A DNA stretch of 48,110 nucleotides from Spirogloea muscicola (lineage: Eukaryota): NCBI GenBank assembly GCA_009602725.1, contig WELB01000009.1:412051-460160 (forward strand). Reading direction: 5' to 3'. Positions within the stretch are counted from its first letter, which is position 1; every line of letters starts with the position of its first letter. The position numbers and the translations under genes were made by a program. Shown piece by piece: positions 35,401 through 48,110 of this stretch. Below the pieces are notes generated by a model. The model was not told where the DNA came from. It ran no database searches and saw only the letters and a list, made by a program, of their open reading frames with translations.

Positions 35401-38400
35401 GTCAGCAAGTGACCTTTCAAATGTTTGTTGGAGTATTGACCTGTAAGGATGCTGCAAAGCTTCTTTGGTTGCTGAGACTCAGGCCTGCGTGGCTGGGCAT
35501 TCTCGTGTCTGTGGTGGTATGCAGCCTCTTGGATATATCGGAGGTGCGATTCCGCCTGACCCTCCAGACTGCAGCAGGGACAAGACCTCACAACCTGCTT
35601 GGTGTCTGGGGACCACTTCTGACTACCCTCGGCAATACTCACAAGATGCCAGTGCGCCCGCATCAGCCTCTCATAGTTTCTATGCCTACGGCTTTGGAGC
35701 ATGAACTCGCAATGTTCCAACTTCTCGGTGCACCTAGTTGTTGGGTGCATCACGACAGTCTTGCTGTTTGCATGGCAAGAAAGGAGCACACAGCTTGTTG
35801 CACCTAGATGTTGGCTGCATCACAGCAGTCTTGCTGAAAGTGTGGCAAGAAAAGAGTACACAACTGTTCAAGTAAGAGACCAGCTCATCTCAAATACGGA
35901 GTCTCTTGTGCTCATCTGTTTCAGATCCACTTTCAGAGCGTTGTGCGGGAGCATCGGTATTTCAGGAAAAGCGCCCTGATGCCAGCAGTCATGGCACGGA
36001 TGAGGAGAGACTTGCTTCATCAACCTCTGCGACTCTTGTCGGGTGTGGATGTCTTGGGCATGACCAGCTCTGCACTGGGTACGTTAAGCAAAGGTGCTGC
36101 AGAGCTTTCTCAGGATGGGAGGTTCCTGCGCCTTCGCTCTCACCAGGTGAGCACTGCTCTCAAGAGCTACTCTGGGTTTTGTTGTCATGGACAAGCTGTT
36201 CAATGTCGACATGCATAATGTCTGCTACAATCTTGTTGCTTATTTGGTCTGTGGTGGCCTTGGCTTCAGCGACCTTCTTTTGATAAGCTCACTATAAGTA
36301 CGTTTTGCACTGAAACAGGACCGCACAGTCCGCATACGCAACATGGGAGATGGCCTCCTTTATGGCACTGAGGCTGCTGCAAGAGCCTTGGCTCGAGGCG
36401 TGACAGGGTTGGTCACAAGGCCTGTGGCAGGTGCTGTGGAGGGTGGAGTTCCAGGATTGGTGAGAGGAACAGTGAAGGCTGCTGTTAGCGTTGTGGTGCA
36501 GCCAATCAGTGGGATCCTGGACTTCTTTGCTTTGTCAGTAGATGGTCTTGATGCCAGTTGCAATCGCTTCACCGAAGCAGTGAACTTTGAGAAAACTCTT
36601 GACCGGATGCGACTCCCCAGGGCCATTGGAGGAGACAAGGTCTTGACACTTTATGACAATAACAAAGCCACTGGCCAGGTAAGGAGCTGCTGGTGTGTGA
36701 GAGCAGGATGTTTGACTCTGGAGTTCACATGCATGCCAGATCGGATACCTCAGAATGTTCCTGGGCAGCACTTAGAGAATAGCAGATAGTTTATCCTGAT
36801 TTGGACCCTATTGTTTGTCATAAGGGCGGCAGATGTGCTAAGCTTCTGCTCTCGAAGCACGTGCAACGCCGCCTCTTCATCCAATGTGCACGTTGTATGT
36901 TCAGGTGATTTTACAGCTGGCAGATGCAGGTGCGTACTTTGGAAGGAGGGACGTTTTTAGAGATCGAGGCAAATTTTCTGACACAGATGTGTACGAGTGT
37001 CACTTCGATGTTCCCAAGCAGCAGATTGTGATGATTACCAGTCAGAGAGTGATGTTGCTGCAGGTATGTTCTGGGCCCTACTTAATAATTGAAGCTTCAA
37101 GGGCATACCTAAGGATGCGTACTGAAATTTAGATGTCAGATGTGCAACAATGTCGGGCCACTTTCAAGCGGGAATGATTGCATCCATAACCACCGGTTCT
37201 TTCTACTCTCAGCATTTTGTCACTAGGTCAGTGAACAACATGCTTACATACATTTGTAGTCATTGCAGTTGTGCATTTCAGGTTGTAATTTACGGTAAGT
37301 GGTGAAGTTTGTCTAACGCTCAGCACAAGTCTGCACACCTGATGTAGCTGACTCGGAGCTGATGCAAGCTAGATGTCGTTGCTCTGTCATTGCAGCGTCC
37401 TCATTCACATATGAAAGGTGAAAGACATATGCTGGTCGATCCATGCGCCGTCATTTGGGACATTCAGTGGATCTACCTCTTAGCGACAGAGTTAGCCTCA
37501 CTGAAAGGGAGTCTTCAAGGACCTGCTAGTGAGGTCATCCTCCACGTACGATACCAGAAGCGTTATCGCCATTCCATTCATTGCTGCCCTTCCTCAAGCG
37601 AAGGCGATACTGAGGGCCAAGCAACAAAGGTCAGGGATGCAATTGAAGCGGCGAAAGTCATTTTTGGACCAGACAGATCAGCACTGACGACTGAGGTGAG
37701 TCGCAAAGTATTTTTTTTGAATGGGCGAGCGCCTCTTGCCACCTTCCATATGATGGGGCCTAGAAAGTAAACAAGGCAGGCCACTGTGTTCTTCTCTACT
37801 ATTACTGCTTAGGAATTTGAAATGTTTCTGTGTTTCTTGTGAATATTATTGCAGTTTCATAATAGAAGACAAAGTAGACCACGACCAGGCTCGTTTGGTC
37901 ACCCTATGGGCACAAGTGGCAGAGAGCGGACTTCAGGGCATGTTGAGGGCACTCAAAGCGCACTTCCGGCAGATGCTTTGACAAGTCCTGCTCTGCCGCT
38001 CTCGTCTTTAAAATGGATAACAAGGGAGAATGTCCAGAACACCACAATCTTTCACTGCATCTGGACAAGTGAGAGGGAGCTTTCTGCCTGCCGGGCATGC
38101 ACTCTGAAGGTGTGTACCATGCTCAAAAGCCAGGGAACATCATGAGTGTTCTAACTCACCTGCTCTCTGATATGTCATCGTCAGCTTGTACCCTAGAAGT
38201 CACTTGTGCACAGGCTGCCCTTGAAGGAATACTTCTATGGAGCTGTTGCTCTTGAGCTTTAGTTGCTGGACATAATCTGAATCAGCGAATCCATCCATGT
38301 GCAGCTCACTGGACAGGAACGAGAAATTCCGATTGCCATCTGGCGACCTGCGCCTGAACCAGGGTATGTACTTGTGCAATGCACAATTCAATTGTACACC

Positions 38401-39391
38401 CCAGACTTCTGTCACGCTTTTGTCTAAATGTAGCACCTGTACATCTATCAGAATGCGGCTGACTGCTCTAGAAAGTTGTAAAATTGCTCTGAGTTGGAAG
38501 CTTATACTGCGCACTATGCAGCTATGTTGCGGTGGGGGATATACTTCAGCTGGGTAACAATGAGCCCACCATTGCCACAACATACCGAGATGATGGCAGC
38601 CGGAAATTTGCAGCCCCTTGTGGATTCCAGCTGGTACGGCCAGCCAAATGTTCAAGTATACGAGATTCATTCTTAGGACCCCCATAGGTTACTTGTGTCA
38701 CACATCATAAACATTGAGTTGATACCTCGAGATATTGGTGCTGTGGCAGGTCTGGAGAAATGCTGATTGCGGCAGCATAGAACCAGTGAGCATCTGGTTC
38801 CCAAAAGCCCCCGTGGGCTATGTGGCACTTGGCTGTGTGGCCATGCAGGAGTACTTTGAGCCTGATCTGACGGCTGTCAAGTGCGCACGTCTTACCAACA
38901 ACTCCAGTCATCATGTGCATCCAAGAAGGCTACATATATTGCATGGCCTTCACAGTAGGCTCTCCGTAGTGCTGCTGTTTGACTGGGAGCAACTTGTAGG
39001 CTCAAGATTGTCACGACTTGGCTCTCTGCCGCTCCTCGCTCTCACTGCCTTTCACAGCCGCCCGAGTAAGTGCAGCTACTTCATCGGTTTCCTTTTATTC
39101 ATGAAGGGGCACATCTGGTGATTCCTCAGGTGTGTGCACCAGAGTGTCGTCGACAAAGCAGAACTGCAGCATGAGCCCCTGTGGACCTCTCACCATTGTA
39201 AAGCTCCTCACTACCCAGTCAGCCTTTTTGAGGTGAGGAACGAGGCAAGGACGTTCCTGGCCTTGCATGCTGATGTAGTGTCTTCGAGCGAAAGCTCCTC
39301 ACCACTTGGCAGTGTGGAGCTCAAGCCGCTGAAGGTGAGGGTTGAAGGTGAAGTACATGCTTCTTCAGCAGGACATAGTGACCCCCAGTAA
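11480..39391 (+). CDS. VPS13: VPS13, plant M-type multidomain bridge-like lipid transfer protein; about 69 exons
   Basis: Chorein-N start MLEERVAEILQRYLGDYVQGLSKDALKISVWR|GDLELQNMQLKPEALNALKLPLKVKAGFLGSIKLK|VPWNRLGREPV..SWLGQLIGTVIGNLKLSITNIHIRYED. LDIAAPKVAIP repeats. Internal PH domain about 17.7-18.3 kb. Vps62-like beta-prism repeats (WRPxxPxGY/F.LGD) 25.6-27.3 kb. C2 about 28.8-29.7 kb. DysF-like 30.4-30.8 kb. VAB/SHR-BD repeats, APT1 (VQLDNQL..TSLPVIL), ATG2_C (GVTGLVTRPVAGA, RMRLPRAI), PH and C-terminal Vps62-like repeats. Exons traced in phase to TAA at 39389-39391; a few boundaries are uncertain (for example 29881 versus 29971). Confidence 0.96.
14517..14606 (+). repeat. 45-bp perfect tandem duplication at a VPS13 intron 3' end
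   Basis: GTGCTCAAATGGTAAGGAGAGTGATATGCTGTGCCTGATCTTGCA x2. Confidence 0.95.
19147..19194 (+). repeat. 24-bp tandem duplication (1 mismatch) in a VPS13 intron
   Basis: TGACTAAG(C/T)AAGCTGGAAAACCGG x2. Confidence 0.9.
26843..26908. repeat. Perfect 28-bp inverted repeat with 10-nt loop in a VPS13 intron
   Basis: GGAGTAGTTGTCGGAATGAAACACATTG - AAATGTGTAC - CAATGTGTTTCATTCCGACAACTACTCC. Confidence 0.95.
35731..35869 (+). repeat. Diverged tandem duplication of about 70 bp in a VPS13 intron
   Basis: CACCTAG(T/A)TGTTGG(G/C)TGCATCAC..CAGTCTTGCTG...TGGCAAGAAA(G/A)GAG(C/T)ACACA.. starting at 35731 and 35801. Confidence 0.85.
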
Positions 39392-40143
39392 GGCTGCATA
39401 AACTGCAATGTAGAGCCCTGACAATGCAGACTGCATGTTGTCTAATGTTCAAGTCTCTGTGGTCTGCACACTTGAGTCGCAACCTTCTTAAATGCTGTGT
39501 GCTTTGCACAGTGGAATTTTTACTCACCTATCATGAAGGTGTTTAGAAGAAGTTTAGAAGGTACCCTAATTGCATGTATACTACTAGCTGTACCTCTAGA
39601 CCCCATTCCTTCCATTCGTCCAGGAAACAATTGCAAACAAATTCTTTTGTACATAATATTTAGATTACTCGAGCTCTTCGGTGGATATCTGCTTTGCCCG
39701 CTTCCTCTAACTGCACCTTGCTGCAACAAGAGTCCATGGCCAACGATGTATGACGGTGTGAAGCGTCAAGCCAACAGAGGCCACAGGCATGAAACCCCGC
39801 CAGCCAGACAATTGCTTCTTCGATTGTCATCCACGACGGAGCATCCATCTGTGACCGTGCATTGCTACCTGCATTTGCCACAGCCCCATATTGTTTACTA
39901 ACTCTTACCTGACATAACATCCTGGAACACATACAGGGCGAGCAATTAAGGAAGGTGAGCTCACATAGCTCACTTGAGCTGAGCCACACCACTGCAAGTG
40001 TGCAATCACTGTCGTCTTCTGCATACCTCGCAGGCAGGCACGGGGTGACTTTTCGGCATGTCTCGCGCTGACTACATGCCGCACAAGATCCAGATCAGTA
40101 GAGTAGCTATGCATGGCCTTAAGATTTTGGTCACATGCGACAT

Positions 40144-43100
40144 CTAAAGAGGGGCTCCCCCTGTGCTCTGCTGGAAGTTGATAAGGGAGCGGTATGCCCC
40201 GTTGGGCTGCCGGACAAGGTCTGCATGCCGGCCCTGCTCCACGACTTGGCCCTTCTCAACGACCGCAATGACGTCAGCGTTGCGGATGGTGCTCAGCCGG
40301 TGGGCTACAACCACAGTGGTCCGGCCGCCCAGACCCAGCAACCGGTCCAGCGCCTCTTGCACGACTCGCTCCGACTCCGCATCAAGTGCCGAGGTCGCCT
40401 GGAGCAGCCGGCAACCAGATGCACTTCTGCTGGTAAGCCGGTCTGGACATTCCAACGTGTCAGATGCGAGGTCCAAATTGCAAGCCGTGAAAAACAGTAC
40501 AAGGACCTGAGTCGACAAGCATACTGCTCCTGCAAAAGCTTAAAGAGCACACCGCAGATGTTGGCAAGGCTTCGGCGTCACCTCATCGAGGAGGAGGATG
40601 GACGGGGTCTTGAGGATTGCTCGTGCAATGGCCACCCTCTGCTTCTGGCCTCCCGAGAGCTGCACGCCCCTGTCCCCCACCTGCTCAAACAGAGCGAACG
40701 AGGCTGTCAGTGCCGCCTGTTGGATGCACCACAAACGTTGATGGACATTAAAGTCCACATCATAGCCCACCTCCGTGTTGTAGCCATCCGGCAAGGTGCT
40801 GATGAAGCTGTGCGCATTGGCGGCCCTGGCCGCCTCCACAATTTCCGCTTCCGTCGCGTTGTCCTTCCCATACATAATGTTTTCTCGTATCCTGCAAAAT
40901 GTGAAAGTGAGCGTATTTGCAGCGTGGAGCACAACATGCTTCGTGCAACTACAGGAGGAGTTGCTACTAGTTTGACTTCTGCCATATGATAACTATGAGA
41001 TCTGATTGGAATGGAAGGGTTGAGAAGTGTATCTGTAATCTGCTTCAAATACCTGGTCGAGTTGGCACATAGCAGTGGGCATGCAGGAAGTGCACACTGG
41101 TAGGATGCAACATTGGGAGGTCCAGTTCTCACGTAGTGGAGAAGAGCGCAGGCTCTTGGGCCACAAGTGCAATGTGCGTGCGCAGCCAGCGGAGGTTCAG
41201 AGTCCGGATGTCGTGGCCATCCACCAGCACTGCCCCTCCCAACGGGTCGTAGAACCGCTCTACCAGCGAAAGCACCGTGCTTTTGCCGGAGCCGCTAGCC
41301 CCAACAAGAGCCACTGTCTTGCCTGCCGGAACCTGCAACAGTGGAACACCGCTTCATCTTACTGCAAAATCTGCGCTGATTATCCAAAAACGGCATCATT
41401 AAAGACTCCGAACTTGATATGTTGGTAGTCGGCACTTGGGAATAGCAAGCCAGCAAGCTGCAGTCGTTAGCTGGTGGCTTACAGTCAGGCTGAACGATGA
41501 GAAGACGGGCACGTCTGGTCGTGCCGGGTACCGGAACTCGACGTCCCGGAGCTCGATCTTGCCTCTGACCTTGTCCAACTTCTTGCCACTGGGGTCGTCC
41601 GGCTCGATTTCCGTCCTGTAGTCGAGCACCTCATAAAACGAGTCTACGGCGCGGCCCCCCTTGGCCAGGTCGGGGGCCAGCGTCAGCGTCTCCGCGATCG
41701 CAAATGACGTCATAATGAGTACAATGAACACCTGCCACACACAAGCACTTTTCACGGCAGCAGCTGAGCGTGCTGCTTCCGCAAGGCTTCTGCCTGAGCT
41801 GCAGCGTTGATATGCCTGACAGGACACCCAAACGAACACAGAAGCATGCATTGGTGCTAACAAGTGACGCTATTGTTTGGCCCGCATGATGATCTACGAA
41901 TGAAGTGATCAAATGGTTCCCAGATATGAGACTCCCATATAGACTGCTTCTCACCTTGAGCACCTCCTTGAAAGTCGCATCGCCGTCCCTGACCAAGGTG
42001 CCGCCGTACCACAGACCAAGGCCAAAAGAGGTGTACATGCAGAACTGCAGCCACCACATACTGCATATCAGCTTCAAGCAAGTTCTTAGAGGCTGGTGCA
42101 GGCAACATGGTCTTGATTCGAGCACGGCTGACCCTAACATCCACAGTACCTGGGAGAAGCCAAACCCAAAGCCTGCAACCTGGCCTCGCACAAATGTCCG
42201 ACGCAGTGGCCCAACTAAATGGCTCTCAAACAGCGCCAGAACCTGTTGATCATGGCGCACAATGTATCAGCCTTCCTAGCATTTGGATGCTTATTGCAGC
42301 ACTCTTCCCCTGTGCTGCCCGGTCGAAATGGCGAGTGAAGTGGAGGAGGGCTGACCTTGCTCTCAGCTGAAAAGGCAGCAACCGTGCGGATGTTGCTGAC
42401 AGCCTCTGCAGCAACCATGCTGGCTTGGGCGTGCGACTTGACTTGATCGCCAGCAAAGCCCTTGAGGAATGCTTGCTACAGAGCAAGGTGACAGTACATT
42501 TGTAGGACTGCTTGAGTGTACTTGCTTGAGAGCCCATGCCTTTCTTGACGCCCTTATTGACAATAGTGATGCTGGGAAGTGGAGGTTAAGGGCAAGAGCT
42601 GGTACTTGCACGGCTGCGGAGGCGATGAGGACGGGAAAGGTCGCGATGACCACGAGGGCCATCTGCCACCTGAGTATCAGCGCTATGGTGAAGGCAACAA
42701 TGACAAGCGCAGCGTTCTGCAGCAAGAGCGCGAGGCGGTCCCCGGCGGCTGCCTTGACGAGCGTGGCATCGGAGGCCAGCCTCGAAGCCACAGCTCCGGA
42801 GCTGTTCTCATCCTTATCGAACCAGCCGACTTGACGTGTGAGAATCGCTGGTTTGTCAAGCAGCAGGGCTGGGTCAGTTTTGTTGCTCTTGTCATCACGT
42901 CTCTTGATAGCCTTGAATGAAACTGGGCCTCTGGAACATTTATGCCAGTATTCGTCTGGAACACTTTTGCTAACTCCTTGCAAAATTTGTGGCAAATTGT
43001 AGCAAGTTGTAGCAGGCAAAGAGCACACACACCTACTCCTCACAGAGACATCCAGAAGTGATGGGAGGATTCTGTTGAGAGTTCGCACCTGCGAACATGA

Positions 43101-46100
43101 GCTCCCGGACGCGCTTGGTCAGCCGCTCACCCATCTTGCCAAAGTTGTAGTGCAGGAGGAGGTTTCCAACGACTGCAAACACAGCCATGCCTATGAACAC
43201 AAAGCACCAGTGCGCAACTGTGTCCTTCATGTGCCGCTTGTCGACGTCATAGTAAGCAGTCACCACCTGCTCCAGAAACCACATCAATATGCGTCAACAA
43301 GAACCTCAATGACAAGGATGTGGCTGCACTTGCTTTGTAGACTGGATAAATCTGAAAGCAGGCGCATAAGCTTCTCTCCCTGCTCATTGAAAAGATCAGA
43401 ATATGCAGCAAGTCACATGGACATACCAGGATGTAGACATCCATACCGAGAGGAGAACAAGGCCAAAGACGGGGTTGACGCAGCCGGACATGATGGCTCC
43501 CACGGACCCGACAATGGCAGACGGCGTATCGGGCCTGCAAAGCTGCAGCAGCCTCCACATATTCGACTTGCGTCCCACTGGCCGCGCTGCATCAGCAGCA
43601 CCACTCTTGTCTGTGGCTTCCGCGCCCTTGCTCGCAACAGCGCCGCCCTCACTCGGGCTGTCGGATAAGTTGCTCATCTGCAAGCTGATCCTCCTTGACC
43701 CCGACTCACGACCAGACGACCCCAGGGCTCTGCATTGACATTGGCGTCATGGACACCGTTGCTAGGGTAAGGGCTCTGCACAGCTCCAAAAATGTAGGTA
43801 CCTGGCTTTCTGAAAACTGCAGCTACCTACTTTAGGCCTGGTAGCTTAGTAAGCTGTCTAGGCTTACCAAACAGGATTCCCTAGTCTGACTTTGACGTCA
43901 ACATCTTATCAAATTCTTGGTCCTGGCAGTGAGCAAGTTGTGACCTCTGGCTTTCATCGCCGCCGTCTTTGCTCATCTGCTGCAGGCGTACAAGGGAGGC
44001 ATAGGCGCCCCCCTCCCTGTCGATCAGGTCCTGGTGCCGCCCGAGCTCAACGATGGCCCCCTGTGAGACCACAGCGATCGCGTCCGCATTCTGGATGGTG
44101 CTCAACCGATGGGCGATGACCACCGTCGTTCGCCCCACCATGAGCTTGTCCAGCGCGTCCTGACAGAGCTCCAGCCAGAGGCTCCCATGAGAAGTGGCCG
44201 ACGAGCGTCTTGCCCGGTCAGCTCGATAGTGGACCCAGCCAGCAATCAAAGTATAGACGTCTACAGAGGTTCAAGGAAGGACGAGGACACTAGGCCAACA
44301 ATGCAGGTGCAGTAATACATAACACAAACAGATAAACACTTTAAACAAATACTTCATACATACATACGTACATACAGTTCCCACAATAAGGATCCAGCTG
44401 CCTGCTGGGGCAAGGCGACAGAGTTTACCTGAACCACGCGCTCAGACTCGGTGTCAAGCGCGGACGTGGCTTCATCAAGAAGCAGGATGCTGGGGTCCTT
44501 AAGGACTGCCCTGGCAATTGCAACCCGCTGCTTCTGTCCGCCTGAGAGCTGCACCCCGCGCTCTCCGACCTGCTCAGGGCAGGATCGCAAATGCTCGCCA
44601 TCAGACCCTGATGGACCCAGAAGTCGGGTTGCGCTAAGTTGAGGCAAGCACTGATTGCTCCATGTTGCTCCAGGAACCAAAGCTCGCACAATAATTCCCC
44701 TATTGGCACACCTCTTTCTCTGACTGGTTTTGAGCAAGTGCATGCTGAGGGCCTGAGTACTAAAATCAGAAATGCTACTCCTCAATGCAGATTTACTTTC
44801 TCTCAATGAGAAGCCAGACCTGGGTGTCATAAGCGTTCGGCAGCTGGCTGATGAAAGAGTGACAATTAGCGGCCCTAGCGGCCCTCTCGACATCCTCCAT
44901 GGTTGCATCCGCCTTCCCATACAAGATGTTCTCCTTGATTGAGGTGGCGAAGAGCGCTGGCTCCTGGCTGACGAGCCCCACTTGTTGACGGAGCCACTTC
45001 AGCTGCATCTCCTTGGTGTCCACGCCATCTATGAACACTGAGCCTGTTTGTGCCCAAACGAAGTGCTAGCATCATGTATCATGTCAATGCTTCACAAGGG
45101 CGAGATTGAAGGGATGCACCCAAAGCCAGTTTAAGACCGGCGCTGTGCAGGAGATGATATGCCATGCACAAGCAGGCGTGCACGAAGTGCATATGGGGAA
45201 GTGGTTACCTGAGGCGGGGTCGTAGAAGCGCTCTATCAACGATACCACTGTGCTCTTGCCAGAGCCGCTGGTACCAACTAGCGCAACCGTCTTGCCCGCT
45301 GGGACTGTCAGATTGAAGTTCCTGAAGATCTGCACATCTGGCCTTGATGGGTAGCTGAAGCAAACATCTCGGAGCTCAATATCCCCACGGACCTGCATAA
45401 AAGATTTGGGGGGGGGGATTGCTCACTGAAGAATAAGGAGGCAGCCTTGACGAATTGATGTGGAGCTTTAAGCTGGCCCAAGATGGAGATGTTGGCAGTG
45501 CACACTGTCAATGTAAATCGCAATCTACATGCAATTTCGGTAGAACATTGGAGTATACATAATCAACACCTTCAAGGTCAAGGACAGGGTGTGACACAAG
45601 ACGACCTTGGCAGGAGTCAGCAGTTGCCGCTGCTTGCAAAGTTGGGCGTGCTACCTTAGGCAGCGTCTTGCCTTCCTTCTCGGCATCTATCGCCGGCTTG
45701 CGGTTGATCATCTCAAAGATCTTGTACGCGGCCGCCTTGCCCTCCCCAAAAGCGGTGTAATTGGGAGCAGCTTGTCCCAAGCTTCTGTAAATCAAGCACT
45801 GGCATTGCACTTTAAGACCCTCCCGTCTCAGTCAAGTGCAGCTGCAAATGAGAGCAATGCTTTGCTGCATGAAGAGTCCAAGCCACTGGGATATCAAGAG
45901 ATTTGATCACGGACATTCCGCCGATGATAACAGAGAACATGGTGCTGAGTGCCTTGCCGCCATTGACGTTCTCGCTGGGATCAGCAACTAGTTCCCCGGC
46001 GTACCAGAACACCAGAGCCCAGATGCAGAACATGGTCCCAAAAGTAAACCCCAGCCCCAGCCCTTTCGCCAGCCCGCCCTGCGTTGCAAAATGATGCCGC

Positions 46101-47970
46101 TCACGCTCAGGTTCCTAACTGCATGCTCAGGTGACATCTGGAACAATACACAGTACTATTCAAGTTAAGGTACCCACACAGAGCATTGCTTTTTATTGCG
46201 ATTCTACTGGCACACATAAGCAGAATTCTGCAACTCGTCTCTTGAGTATAATGGTGTGTTTGATAGTCTCAGCTCATTCGACCTGGATGCCCAGCTTGAG
46301 CGGCCTTTCAAGGGCTGCAGCGTAAGCCCGGAGTGTCCTGCTCTCGCCCGTGAACGAATAAACCGTTCGCACCTGAGCAACGGCCTGTTTCCAGATGGCC
46401 GAGGAGCGGTTTAGCACGGGCTGGGAGCTCGAAAAGCCTCCATCGTAAGGCCCCAGCAGCAGGCATGTTAAGAAGCGTTACGAACCATGTCCCGCAAGTC
46501 AGGCGCAGCTCAGACTTTCCCATCACTTGCTACTGTCAAGTGCTGCCAACGAAGGGGTACCAACAACAATGTTCTCGGCATCTGCTAAACATGTGGTCAC
46601 CTGCTCGGCAACACCACCCGCCTGCACGTATGCCTCCTGGCCCTTGGACGTGAGGCCGGTGAGAACGACGGCATATGTGCCCCCAGCAACAGCGATGATA
46701 GGCACCACGGCCAGGATGACAAGAGTCAGCTTCCAGATGAGCGTGAAGCCCACGACGAAGCCTGTCACGAACGTCGCCATGAAGTGCAGGTAGTTCCCCA
46801 CCTGCAGATCATCCCCAATCCGCAGGTAGAATGGATCATTGACGTGCGGTACACAGTCGACGTGGTCACTAGTCAGTGGATTGCAACTTGAAAAGCTGCA
46901 GGTGGGGAAGCCGGCTTGGCTTGCTTCTTGCCTTCTCGCTGATGGCATTCTGGACGAGCAGGACATCGGAGGAAACACGCGTGACGATCTCGCCACTGTT
47001 GCCCTCGGTGTCAAAGTAGCCGACCTCCTGCTTCAGCATCGCCTCCAGGTACTTAGAACGAATGCGTGCCGCCTGCCGCTCCCCTGTTTGCATCCAAGCC
47101 GCGACCTCTGTCGGGCCCCCCCATTGCCGCCACCATTGTCAGAGGCTTTCCACCGAGCCAGACTCGTCCGGCAGCCTCCTCAGGAGACTGCGAGCTGGCC
47201 CTGTCCGGAGGGCTTCCTATCACGTGCTAGAATCCGCAACAATGGGGGACGTGGACGAGCAGCGGCAGGCAAAGCGGCTGCAGCAGCAGCACTCACCCAC
47301 CCAGCCGCCGATCCAGACCACAAGCCCGAGGTACAGGAAGTCCAGCACGTACTGTGAGGACACGAGCATTGAGGCGTGGTGCACAGAGGTGAGGTTCCGG
47401 ACACATTGGCGCCAGCCATCAGTGCATGCGAGGGCAGGGGCAATGGGCAAGGCTGCGGCGGCCGAGCGGTCGCCATGCCTGCCGGATCAGCTGGGCTGGC
47501 TCTGCTGACCGTGTCGACTTGGTTGGAGACCCGATTGTCCGAGAGCGTCCCGAAGCTGTTGATGATCTTGCCGAAGAAGAGGAAGAAGACGGGCAGCGCG
47601 GCGCCGTGCGCCGCCGCGCCGATCGACCCGACGACCATCAGCAGGATGTCCAGGGAGTCTGCAGTGGCCCGGAAGATAGACAATGCAGCTAGTATGATCT
47701 CAAGTCATCTTCAGATAACAGCTTATACTCAAGGTTGGAGGTGGAGGGCCAGAGCCGGAGCTCCTGCGAGCTGACAGTTGTGGAGCCGGCCGGCCAATGC
47801 AGCGAGCGCCGCCGGCCGTGCCGAGCCAGAGGCCTGGCCGCGGCGGGGGGCTGTGGGCGCTCGATCACCGGCGAAGGCGAAGAGGCGGTAGAAGGCCACG
47901 GCCTTGGCCTTGGGCTCCTTGGCCTTGCCCGCCTTCTTGCCCCGCTTCTTCTCCGCGCCCTCCACGGGGC
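40144..47970 (-). CDS. ABCB: Full-size ABCB (MDR/P-glycoprotein) transporter, ABCB1/ABCB19-like; about 23 exons in the window, 5'-partial
   Basis: TMD1-NBD1-TMD2-NBD2 order: [48 protein letters not shown], two Walker A motifs ([18 protein letters not shown]), two [14 protein letters not shown] signatures, two [19 protein letters not shown]. Stop TAG at 40144-40146. The top exon starts after an AG at 47971-47972 and has an in-frame stop just upstream, so the ATG exon lies beyond the window. Confidence 0.96.
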
Positions 47971-48110
47971 CTGCGCCGCCGCTCCATTGCCAATGTCAGA
48001 CGTCAGGCGCAAAGCCGCCGCCGAGGGCAAGGGCCGGCGCGCTGCGCTTCGGGCGGGCCGTCGGGCTCTGCCTGCGGCAGGGCCCGGCGGCGGCGGCAGC
48101 GGTGGCGGCG

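Noticed and set aside
40135..47774. Many + strand ORFs overlapping the ABCB gene
   Set aside because: Antisense shadows of GC-rich exons with no independent motifs.
47983..47985. ATG as the ABCB start codon
   Set aside because: Out of frame with FYRLFAFAD. The segment looks like an intron 3' end (CTGAC branch-like motif, then GCAG).

Overview
Intron-dense eukaryotic DNA with plant-like genes; most likely a streptophyte alga or early-diverging plant, which is an inference. Four spliced genes were reconstructed by hand. (1) The 3' part of a Pro-rich Root_cap-domain cell-wall protein (+, 1-1327). (2) A 6-exon gene of about 413 aa with no family I recognise (+, 4205-6540). (3) A giant plant M-type VPS13 lipid-transfer gene (+, 11480-39391, about 69 exons). 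(4) A convergent full-size ABCB/P-glycoprotein transporter resembling ABCB1/ABCB19 (-, 40144-47970, first exon outside the window). The least-explained part is 1.7-11.1 kb. It holds one apparently young, 5'-truncated CRE/SLACS-clade non-LTR retrotransposon spanning a 687-N gap and ending about 400 bp upstream of VPS13. It also holds several older relics of related elements that share a C-terminal peptide and a 3'-end signature (GGCTG..CAGCC hairpin plus a GAAGAGCT-like motif), twice in tail-to-tail arrangement. Smaller oddities are three GC-AG introns, a perfect 28-bp intronic hairpin, an FFAT-like motif in VPS13 and an E-P motif in the ABCB. No rRNA, tRNA or CRISPR was seen. All family assignments come from motif recognition, not database searches, and I see no clear evidence of a wholly new system.
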